Made by a program: the position numbers and the translations under genes. A stretch of DNA of 24,148 nucleotides, taken from IMG/VR virus record IMGVR_UViG_3300010398_000407, positions 1 to 24,148 of that record. One strand, given 5' to 3'. This document shows positions 17,604 through 24,134 of the stretch, one piece after another. Under the pieces are notes generated by a model. That model made no database searches, was not told the origin of the DNA, and saw only the letters and a program-made list of their open reading frames with translations. This DNA is from a virus. Lineage: Duplodnaviria; Caudoviricetes. How positions within the stretch are numbered: position 1 is the stretch's first letter; each line of letters starts with the position of its first letter.

Positions 17604-18534
17604 CTGGTGGCAGAAGCCGTATTCAGGTGCCCCGCCACCCGGAGGCTTACCGCCCTTCATCCGGCCGCTCTACCCGCCCAGCGCCAAGAACAAGGGCAAG
17701 ACACCGTCAACGGATGGGAAGGACGTGCAGGCGGTCAAGCGTGCGATCTCACGCCTGGGCCGCTGGCCCTGGCAGAACTTCGATGACTCCTACTCGGACG
17801 GTTTCGCGTTGGGCAGCCCGTCGAGCGAGGTCACGGACTCGGGCATGGCGGGCTTCCAGCGCCAGCAGGGGATCGACGACACCGGCTGGATGGGAGAGAA
17901 GACGTACAACGCGCTCGCTTACGCGCTCGTCCCTTACGAGCTTCCGCACGGAGGCGAACCGGCGTTCGACAAGACGGCGATCGACTTGCTGAACCAGGCT
18001 GCTGAAGAGATCAGCCAGCCGCAGCAGAAGCTGACACGGAAGGCGATCCCCAGCCCGAACTACTCAAGCCGCGGGGGGGCCAGCGTCAGGCTGATCGTCC
18101 TGCACACAGCGGAGGGCGCGACGACGATCGAGAGTCTTGGCTCGTACTTTCAGGGCAACGTCGATGCGTCGTCGCACGTCGGGATCGACGACAAAGTAGG
18201 GGTGATTGGGGAATACGTGAAGCGTGGTAACAAAGCTTGGACCGCTGCCAACGCCAACCCCGTTGCCGTTCAGGCCGAGCTTTGCGCCTTTGCGAAGTGG
18301 TCGGCGGCGGAATGGAATCAGCACCCCCATATGCTGGAGAATACGGCACAGTGGATCGCTGAGGAGGCCTACGCTTTCGACATTCCGATCACCAAGCTGA
18401 CTGCTTCGCAAGCGCAGAAGTCGGGCCGCGGTGTCTGTCAGCACAACGATCTTGGCTCCTGGGGAGGGGGACACTGGGACTGTGGCAGCGGTTTCCCGAT
18501 GGACAAAGTTCTTGAGATGGCGAAAGGGTTTTGA
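17596..18534 (+). CDS. Endolysin: peptidoglycan-binding domain plus N-acetylmuramoyl-L-alanine amidase (Amidase_2-like), 312 aa
   Basis: PG-binding pattern GKDVQAVKRA...FQRQQGIDDTGWMGEKTYNAL. Amidase motifs SPNYSSR, IVLHTAEG, ASSH, AWTA, QHNDL and HWDCG. Confidence 0.88.
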   Translation: MASWWQKPYSGAPPPGGLPPFIRPLYPPSAKNKGKTPSTDGKDVQAVKRAISRLGRWPWQNFDDSYSDGFALGSPSSEVTDSGMAGFQRQQGIDDTGWMGEKTYNALAYALVPYELPHGGEPAFDKTAIDLLNQAAEEISQPQQKLTRKAIPSPNYSSRGGASVRLIVLHTAEGATTIESLGSYFQGNVDASSHVGIDDKVGVIGEYVKRGNKAWTAANANPVAVQAELCAFAKWSAAEWNQHPHMLENTAQWIAEEAYAFDIPITKLTASQAQKSGRGVCQHNDLGSWGGGHWDCGSGFPMDKVLEMAKGF

Positions 18535-18541
18535 CGAGCGG

Positions 18542-18685
18542 ATGGAACGCCTAGCTGGCGACGAAGAACGCGAGATCGAGTGGCCCGGGCCGCGCGAGGA
18601 TCCGAACGAGGAACCGTCCGAACCGTGGGCGCGCGAGGGCCAGCCACGAGAAAGGCCGTTCGCCGCTTGGAAGGATGAGTCCTGA
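18542..18685 (+). CDS. Small acidic P/E-rich hypothetical protein, 47 aa
   Basis: ATG 7 nt after the endolysin stop; fills the gap to the next ORF; SD is weak. Confidence 0.5.
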   Translation: MERLAGDEEREIEWPGPREDPNEEPSEPWAREGQPRERPFAAWKDES

Positions 18686-18842
18686 TCGGCTTGCTGCTCT
18701 CGGCGCCTTTCTTTCGGGAGTTGCGAGTGTGCTTACCGCCACTCTGTACGTAAAGGCAGTGCGGAAGCGGGCCGATAAGAACTGCGATCAGCGGATGCAG
18801 GCGTACATCGACGGTCTGCATGAAGGGCAGAAGGATCCGTGA
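18675..18842 (+). CDS. Single-TM membrane protein, holin-like candidate, 55 aa (not in ORF track)
   Basis: MSPDRLAALGAFLSGVASVLTATLYVKAVRKRADKNCDQRMQAYIDGLHEGQKDP has a hydrophobic helix then a basic stretch; GTGA coupling to the next gene. Confidence 0.62.
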   Translation: MSPDRLAALGAFLSGVASVLTATLYVKAVRKRADKNCDQRMQAYIDGLHEGQKDP

Positions 18843-19108
18843 ACCGGCTGCTGATCCTGCTCGTCGCGGGGTTGCTGTTGGCCGGTGGTTCAGGGTTCCT
18901 GACTGCGCGCGCAGTCGGCTTCGGTAGCGCCGCTGATCCGAGGACGGTGACGATCAACGTGGCCACGGGGCCAGCAGGACCAACAGGACCACAAGGGCCA
19001 GCAGGCCCGGCAGGAGCAATATCTTGCCCGGAGGGGTTCTCAGAGGGTGAACTTGTGATCAACCACCCTGGCGGCCAAACGGTGATCTGGACGTGCCTGC
19101 AGAACTGA
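18839..19108 (+). CDS. Secreted or membrane-anchored collagen-like protein, 89 aa
   Basis: N-terminal hydrophobic segment, GPAGPTGPQGPAGPAG repeat, C-terminal Cys pair (CPEGF...WTC); AAGGA SD. Confidence 0.75.
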   Translation: MNRLLILLVAGLLLAGGSGFLTARAVGFGSAADPRTVTINVATGPAGPTGPQGPAGPAGAISCPEGFSEGELVINHPGGQTVIWTCLQN

Positions 19109-19284
19109 AGACGCAAACCGAGTACGAGAAGGTCCATCTGTTCTTGCTGAACCAGTTCTTACGGATGGGCTTCTCCGGCCTGGACTCAGAGGTGATGGCC
19201 GACAACGACGTGGACTGGCATCAGGTCGAACGTCTACTGTCTCGGGGTTGCACACACGATTTGGTCGTCCGGATCCTGCTTTAA
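19093..19284 (+). CDS. Small helical hypothetical protein, 63 aa
   Basis: Fills the gap; amphipathic helices with an LRMGFS loop. Confidence 0.65.
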   Translation: MPAELKTQTEYEKVHLFLLNQFLRMGFSGLDSEVMADNDVDWHQVERLLSRGCTHDLVVRILL

Positions 19285-19294
19285 GGAGGGAACG

Positions 19295-19534
19295 ATGGCA
19301 GCGAAGAAGAAGGCGCCCGCGAAGGTCACGATCAGCGGCGGCAAGGGTCAGAAGCCGGTCACCTTCGAGAAGGGCGGTCTGCACAAGTCCACCGGCACGC
19401 CGCAGGGTCAGAAGATCCCGGCGGGGAAGATGGCCGCGGCCAAGGCCGGTCAGTACGGGCCGAAGGCCCAGAAGCAGGCCAACTTCGCCACCGGGATGCT
19501 TGCGAAAGGTCGGAAAACCGCGCAGGGCAAGTAG
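19295..19534 (+). CDS. Small highly basic protein, 79 aa
   Basis: Strong SD TAAGGAGG; 16 Lys, 1 Arg and 1 Glu; strong codon bias. Confidence 0.8.
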   Translation: MAAKKKAPAKVTISGGKGQKPVTFEKGGLHKSTGTPQGQKIPAGKMAAAKAGQYGPKAQKQANFATGMLAKGRKTAQGK

Positions 19535-19590
19535 CCCCATACTTGCTCACCTACCGCCCCGTAGGCCCGAGCAAGTACGGAAAGGGGTTA
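19532..19590. terminator. Hairpin at the convergence of the two transcription units (putative bidirectional terminator)
   Basis: Nested stems TAGCCCC/GGGGTTA, TACTTGCTC/GAGCAAGTA (19540-48/19569-77) and CCTAC/GTAGG. Confidence 0.65.
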
Positions 19591-19878
19591 GTCGTCGTCC
19601 GCGACGGTTCTGTCGACCTGTGATTCTGGAACGTAGCCAGTGCCGTAACCACGGACAGCGCTAAGACGACCGTCCATTTCCACCTCTTCATCTGACGGTT
19701 CTCCTTCTTCCTCTTCCTGGGTTGCCAGCCAGATATCTCGTTCGGTCGCTGCCAGCAGCATCGCCACCACCTGCAGCTTGGTTTCCGGTGTCACGTTCGG
19801 GTCCTCGCACAGCTTGATCAACGTGACGTAAGCCTTCTGGCGTGTGCGCTGCAACAGCTCGTAATGCTCCGCGTCCAC
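19588..19878 (-). CDS. Acidic hypothetical protein, 96 aa
   Basis: AGGAGG SD before GTG. Confidence 0.72.
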   Translation of the reverse strand: MDAEHYELLQRTRQKAYVTLIKLCEDPNVTPETKLQVVAMLLAATERDIWLATQEEEEGEPSDEEVEMDGRLSAVRGYGTGYVPESQVDRTVADDD

Positions 19879-19887
19879 CTTTGCCTC

Positions 19888-20067
19888 CTAGTTCAGTTTG
19901 GCGCCATGCTCCTTCATCGTCTGAAGCAGATCATCCCGAAGCTCGTCGACGATGGCCAGCATCGACCGTTCCTCTTTGAAAACCAGCGCGGCGAGGCTGT
20001 GCATGACGAGATCTCGGATCTCCTCTTCCTCCATCGCCATCAGGTCCTCGAACTTGATGTCGTTCAC
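19888..20067 (-). CDS. Small helical hypothetical protein, 59 aa
   Basis: Start reassigned to GTG 20067 (GTGA overlap with the resolvase stop, AAGGAG upstream). Confidence 0.65.
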   Translation of the reverse strand: MNDIKFEDLMAMEEEEIRDLVMHSLAALVFKEERSMLAIVDELRDDLLQTMKEHGAKLN

Positions 20068-20453
20068 TGCGGCCACGCTCCTTCCGGTATCCACGTACAT
20101 GCCCCCCGTGGCGGCCACCAGACGAGCCATGCTTCCCACCCGGCCTGGTACGCCGCCTCGGAGAGCCTCTTCCTTTCGGCGGGAACGAATGTCTTGTAGG
20201 CGTTCACGCCGTTGCCCTTCACCTGAATCAGCCGCGTCGGGAAGCCCCGCTTTCCCGCGATCAGGTCGCCGCAGCCCTTCGATCCTGCGGCTCGCAGCAC
20301 GATCCAGCCGTCGGCTTCTAGGCGTTTGCGAACGTCGCGTTCACGCTGTGTACCCGCACGTCCACGCGCGCCACGTGTAGCCGCTGGCTCTGAAGTAGCG
20401 ATATGCGGCACGAGCTGCGATCCACGGACTGGATCCGGCGACGTGCCAGCCAT
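20064..20453 (-). CDS. Holliday junction resolvase, Hjc-like PD-(D/E)XK nuclease, 129 aa
   Basis: GTQRERDVRKRLEADGWIVLRAAGSKGCGDLIA...LIQVK matches the Hjc pattern (with QxK); AAAGGAGGAG SD before ATG 20453. Confidence 0.82.
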   Translation of the reverse strand: MAGTSPDPVRGSQLVPHIATSEPAATRGARGRAGTQRERDVRKRLEADGWIVLRAAGSKGCGDLIAGKRGFPTRLIQVKGNGVNAYKTFVPAERKRLSEAAYQAGWEAWLVWWPPRGACTWIPEGAWPQ

Positions 20454-20649
20454 ATCTCCTCCTTTCGCTGTAGCCCATCTGGAAAATGTTCACGTACTGC
20501 CCGTTGGTGGCCCAGATGTTGTAGCGGGACTCGCACCAGGCGACTCGGCTGGCTTGGCCTGCGTACCTGCCGAACGTCTGGTTGATCGCTGTCTGCACAC
20601 TGCTGGCGGCCAGAGAAACGACCGCGCTAAAGGTGGCCAGCGTTTGCAG
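20341..20649 (-). CDS. Lytic transglycosylase (SLT/Rpf-like), 102 aa, probable CTG start
   Basis: VAWCES (catalytic Glu), NGQYVNIFQM, AARAAY and WRAWTC. GGAGGT lies 5 nt before CTG 20649, with an in-frame TAG two codons upstream. Confidence 0.72.
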   Translation of the reverse strand: MQTLATFSAVVSLAASSVQTAINQTFGRYAGQASRVAWCESRYNIWATNGQYVNIFQMGYSERRRYGWHVAGSSPWIAARAAYRYFRASGYTWRAWTCGYTA

Positions 20650-21709
20650 TTGCTACCTCCCTGTCGAACAACGGGATCTGGCCTGCCTCTTCCAGCACGA
20701 GACTTCGACCCTGGAAACGGCGGTAGGCGTCGTAGCAGTAGGACCCGTTGAGGTCGATACCGATACAACGCCTGGCCAGTTGCCGCGCCACCACGGCTGT
20801 CGTTCCGGAGCCGATGAACGGATCCAGGACGACGCCTTTGGGCGGGCAGCCAGCGAGGATACAGCGCCTCACCAGCTCGCGAGGGAACACGGCGTAGTGC
20901 GCGCCCGGCCACTGCTCGGTGCTGATCTGCCAGACGGAACGCATGTTCCTCCACCCCTCGCGTTCCTGATCGGTGTAATCCTCGCTGACGACCGCGAACT
21001 GACCGTCCGCGCTCTTGTTGTTTTCGCCTATGCGGGGTGACTTCATCCGCTCGTGCGATGAATGCGCCATCGGCTCCTTCACGTCGTCGTAGCCGTAGTA
21101 GTTCCGGCCACTCACACCGAACATGAACACGTACTCGTGGGCCGTCGAGGGGCGATGCTTGACGCTGGACGGCTGGGGGTTCGGCTTCGACCATATGACA
21201 TCGGCCAGCAGGGTGAAGCCCGCACCCTTCATCGCGGTTGCGAAGGCCCAGGGAACGCCCAGAAGTTCCCGATCGCGGTAGCTGTCGCCCAGGTTCACCC
21301 AGACCACGGCAGCAGGCGTAAGGAGACGCCGGACGCCCATGAATACCCCGACGAGTCGGACGAGGTACTCGCGGACTGTGGCTTCCAGACCAATCTGATC
21401 GTCGACGCGCCGGGCACCACAATCAGGACAGGCCCCGGCGTAGAGACCTGGTACAGCGTCAGTCCCGGTTCTCCCTCCGTCTTGTAGAGGGCTGGTAGCG
21501 AGCGAATAGTCGTAGCGGGTTTTCTTCTTTCCGGCTGCGTGCTCACAGTCGGAATCACCACCTTCCCAGCGTCCGGTGCCGTAGTCACGCAGCCCGAAGT
21601 AAGGCGGGCTGGTGACGACACAGTCCACGGCCGTGTTTAGTGCTCGCAAGACAGAAAGGCTGTCGCCCTGGTAGAGCGAGAACCAGTTGTCAGCGTAGTA
21701 GGGCTTCAC
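20627..21709 (-). CDS. DNA methyltransferase, N4-C/N6-A, beta-class motif order, 360 aa
   Basis: VVTSPPY (motif IV) precedes VLDPFIGSGTT (motif I); IWSKPNPQP, HEYVFMF and HYAVFP also present. Start reassigned to GTG 21709 (MKPYY...LYQGD; GTGA coupling). Confidence 0.92.
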   Translation of the reverse strand: MKPYYADNWFSLYQGDSLSVLRALNTAVDCVVTSPPYFGLRDYGTGRWEGGDSDCEHAAGKKKTRYDYSLATSPLQDGGRTGTDAVPGLYAGACPDCGARRVDDQIGLEATVREYLVRLVGVFMGVRRLLTPAAVVWVNLGDSYRDRELLGVPWAFATAMKGAGFTLLADVIWSKPNPQPSSVKHRPSTAHEYVFMFGVSGRNYYGYDDVKEPMAHSSHERMKSPRIGENNKSADGQFAVVSEDYTDQEREGWRNMRSVWQISTEQWPGAHYAVFPRELVRRCILAGCPPKGVVLDPFIGSGTTAVVARQLARRCIGIDLNGSYCYDAYRRFQGRSLVLEEAGQIPLFDREVATANAGHL

Positions 21710-21858
21710 TTGCGCGAGCCTCGGATGTACGCCTTCTTCATGTAGTTGGGACAGGTCGGGTTGACGCACTTGTAGCGACCCTTCCCAGCTGTCGTCTGGA
21801 CCCTTCGGGTTGTGCGTCCACACGAAGTGCAGATCGGCACGGGATTCTTCGTCATCAC
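21706..21858 (-). CDS. Small Cys4 zinc-ribbon protein, 50 aa (not in ORF track)
   Basis: MMTKNPVPICTSCGRTTRRVQTTAGKGRYKCVNPTCPNYMKKAYIRGSRK has CxxC-x17-CxxxxC. GTGA-coupled at both ends; GAGGTG SD. Confidence 0.75.
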   Translation of the reverse strand: MMTKNPVPICTSCGRTTRRVQTTAGKGRYKCVNPTCPNYMKKAYIRGSRK

Positions 21859-23330
21859 GCCACCACCTCAAGCACTTGCATCGACGGGGTTTTGAAGGTC
21901 AGCTTGACTTGCCGACCGGATGCCCCCTTGCGGTTCTTCAAGACGCGGACCAGCATGTCCTTCGAATCGAGGCTGGGACGCCAGAGACCGAGCAGGAAGT
22001 CCATCGCCTCCTCGATCACGCCGCTGTCGCGCATCATCTCCAGCGTCACGGGTTGTGTGCCATCACCTCCCTTCCTCGATAGCTGCATGGCCACGATCAC
22101 GGCCACGTGTTCCTGTTTGGCCAGTTCCTTCAGGCCCTTGCCGACGACGCTGGTGCGCTCGTAGGGATCTTTTCCCGGCGCGCTCAGCAGGCCCAGGTAG
22201 TCCACGTAGACACAGCGCAAGGGCTGGTCGAGCCGTTGCCGAGCCTCCTGGATGACATAGGGAATGTCGTCCAGCTGCAAGGGCTTCTCGCAGAGCAGTG
22301 TGTACTGCATCCGCTGCAGGAAGCGTGTCGGTGGCCCCACGTCGTCCATCCTGGCCAGCTTCTCGATCTCTTCCGGGGGCAGGTTCTCGAAGATCGCCCA
22401 CTGGCGTTCGAACCACTCCGGACCCGGCATTTCCAAGCTGCAGATGAGACCGCCAGCGTTTGCGGCCGATACATTATGGGCAATCGTCGCCAACGCCCAG
22501 GACTTCCCTACCGCCGTTCGAGCGGCAATCCCGAGGACTTGGCCATCACTTACACCTCGCAGATCATGGTCAACAGAACCCCAGCCGACGCGGATGCCGG
22601 GGCGCTCTCCGGAACGTTCCTGCTTCCAATCCTCATACAGGTCGGAGAAGGTTTTGAGGGCGCTCTGGATCTGCTTACGCTCCTGCTTGACGAGAGCGAT
22701 GAAGTCGTCGCGGCCTCCCTGCCACTCACACCAGTCCTTGACGCCGGGGGGGCGGACGCGGATGCCGTTGCCGAGGATCTGCATCAGCTTTCGCGACCCC
22801 GCCTCCCCCGCTTCGTCGGCGTCCAGGCAGATGTAGACGCGCGCCCCGCGCGGCAGCCGCTGGAACCAGACACGGCGCAGGGCGCTGGCCCCGGCCGGGA
22901 GGATGCAGACCGCGGCCAGATGCCCGACGAGGTCGTATAGGCGGGCGCCGTCAGTCTCTCCTTCGACGATGAACCAGTCCATCGCCGTCGCGTCTCCAAT
23001 CACCTTCACCTCTCCGAACGACGACCCGGCCTCGGCCTTGCGTTTCCCTGTCTGCACGTCTCGGTACTTGATTGCCGATACCACACGACTCCCGTTCAGG
23101 CGTGCGTAGCCGGGGAATGCGAGGAAGAGGTCGGGTCCTCGGCCGTGGAAGGCAAGCTTGGCCTCCTGGGCTAGAAGTCCCTGCAAACTGATGCCTTTCA
23201 TCTGGCAGAAGACCTCGATCTGCCGTTTCGCTTCCGGGGTCGCGTTCTCTATCTGGGCCAGCTGCTGCCAGCGAACACCGAGATCGTGGACTGGTCTGGC
23301 GTCCTCGTGAGGGCGCAGTTGCTCGTACAC
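21855..23330 (-). CDS. Primase-helicase: TOPRIM plus SF4 (DnaB/T7 gp4-like) helicase, 491 aa
   Basis: TOPRIM motifs IVEGETD, LDADEAG and KDWCE. Helicase motifs ARTAVGKS (Walker A), SLEM, YVDYLGLL, QLSR, RDSGVIEEAMD and KNRKG. Confidence 0.92.
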   Translation of the reverse strand: MYEQLRPHEDARPVHDLGVRWQQLAQIENATPEAKRQIEVFCQMKGISLQGLLAQEAKLAFHGRGPDLFLAFPGYARLNGSRVVSAIKYRDVQTGKRKAEAGSSFGEVKVIGDATAMDWFIVEGETDGARLYDLVGHLAAVCILPAGASALRRVWFQRLPRGARVYICLDADEAGEAGSRKLMQILGNGIRVRPPGVKDWCEWQGGRDDFIALVKQERKQIQSALKTFSDLYEDWKQERSGERPGIRVGWGSVDHDLRGVSDGQVLGIAARTAVGKSWALATIAHNVSAANAGGLICSLEMPGPEWFERQWAIFENLPPEEIEKLARMDDVGPPTRFLQRMQYTLLCEKPLQLDDIPYVIQEARQRLDQPLRCVYVDYLGLLSAPGKDPYERTSVVGKGLKELAKQEHVAVIVAMQLSRKGGDGTQPVTLEMMRDSGVIEEAMDFLLGLWRPSLDSKDMLVRVLKNRKGASGRQVKLTFKTPSMQVLEVVA

Positions 23331-23396
23331 CGTGCTTGTGCCACCCCTGGGTTGGGGGGAATGACCCCCATGCGGACAGCGAACTTCAGGAAGGTA

Positions 23397-23429
23397 TCAG
23401 GCCCTCTTGGCGCCCACCAGAGGGCCTGA
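23397..23429. terminator. Inverted repeat between the 99-aa gene and the primase-helicase (terminator or operator)
   Basis: TCAGGCCCTC (23397-406) / GAGGGCCTGA (23420-29) are perfect 10-bp arms, extendable inward; the repeat begins 13 nt past the upstream stop. Confidence 0.55.
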
Positions 23430-23442
23430 ACTTGTGTGTACG

Positions 23443-23742
23443 CTATTTGCGGGTAAAAACTGGTCCACGGACGAAATCGACCCGGTCGAGCACGTAGTCG
23501 ATTCGGCCCAAGACGGCCGCCAGCTCTTTGTCCAGTAGCCTCGCCTGCGTCAGCAACGTGTTGATCTCCCGCCGTAGCCCCTCCATCGTCCCGTAGAGCA
23601 TCTCGTAGGCGAAGTCGACGCCCATCGGCTCAGGCTTGCCGGTTGGCCCCGGGTTCCGGTTACCGACGTCGTCACCAAACTCAAGCGCCGCCTCGTACTT
23701 CGGAGTCTGCTCGGCCTCAAGCTCCTTGTAGTCCTTCTCCAT
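23443..23742 (-). CDS. Hypothetical coiled-coil protein, 99 aa
   Basis: Start reassigned to ATG 23742 (GAGGGTGG upstream); heptad-like C-terminal half. Confidence 0.65.
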   Translation of the reverse strand: MEKDYKELEAEQTPKYEAALEFGDDVGNRNPGPTGKPEPMGVDFAYEMLYGTMEGLRREINTLLTQARLLDKELAAVLGRIDYVLDRVDFVRGPVFTRK

Positions 23743-24058
23743 CACCACCCTCTCTTTCGATGAACTGGCGCAATGTGACTTTGTAACGCTTGTTGACGCT
23801 GCCTCTGGCGCGGTAGGCCCTGAACTCATCGTCTCGTGCCCGGAACTGGGCTGACCTGCAGCGTGGCTTGCCGCAGTAGTCGGATGCGGTACCGGGGCCG
23901 TTGACGCCGACGGTCGGCCCACCACAGTTCACACACACACCCGCGTATTCGTTGTACTTGCGCGCTCTTGTCTTCTCGATCACGCGTTCGCGGTTCTCTG
24001 GCCGCGCATACCACTCACGCATATACGCCTTGTATTTCTCTTTGTCTTTGAGCGGCAT
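23717..24058 (-). CDS. Basic zinc-finger protein, 113 aa
   Basis: ATG 24058 with GAGGTG SD; CVNC...CGKPRC; R/K/E-rich N-terminal helix. Confidence 0.68.
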   Translation of the reverse strand: MPLKDKEKYKAYMREWYARPENRERVIEKTRARKYNEYAGVCVNCGGPTVGVNGPGTASDYCGKPRCRSAQFRARDDEFRAYRARGSVNKRYKVTLRQFIEREGGDGEGLQGA

Positions 24059-24059
24059 T

Positions 24060-24134
24060 TCACCACCTCTTTTCGCTTCGACGTGCAAGCCAGGCGGTTA
24101 CAACCACCACTAGAAATGTAGGAATCCACCTCAT
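24060..24134 (-). CDS. Putative 24-aa hydrophobic micro-protein (may extend beyond the window)
   Basis: MRWIPTFLVVVVTAWLARRSEKRW; GAGGT 5 nt before ATG; stop 1 nt before the next ATG. Confidence 0.45.
   Translation of the reverse strand: MRWIPTFLVVVVTAWLARRSEKRW

Noticed and set aside
18965-19016. 9-nt-period repeats (also short repeats at ~3830-3852 and ~12501-12520) as CRISPR or DGR elements
   Set aside because: They are coding repeats (G-P-x, QQGI/QEGI) with no spacers, cas genes or reverse transcriptase.
20490-21422. 310-aa alternative-frame ORF over the methyltransferase, and similar long shadow ORFs (9458-10558, 10392-11432)
   Set aside because: R/P/G-rich, no motifs, fully overlapping well-supported genes.
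21710-21871. Track's 54-aa N-terminal extension of the methyltransferase
   Set aside because: The interval is better explained by the coupled zinc-ribbon ORF; MKPYY...LYQGD is a typical methyltransferase start.
23331-23442. tRNA or known riboswitch in the largest intergenic gap
   Set aside because: No cloverleaf or T-loop consensus, and no aptamer I recognise.
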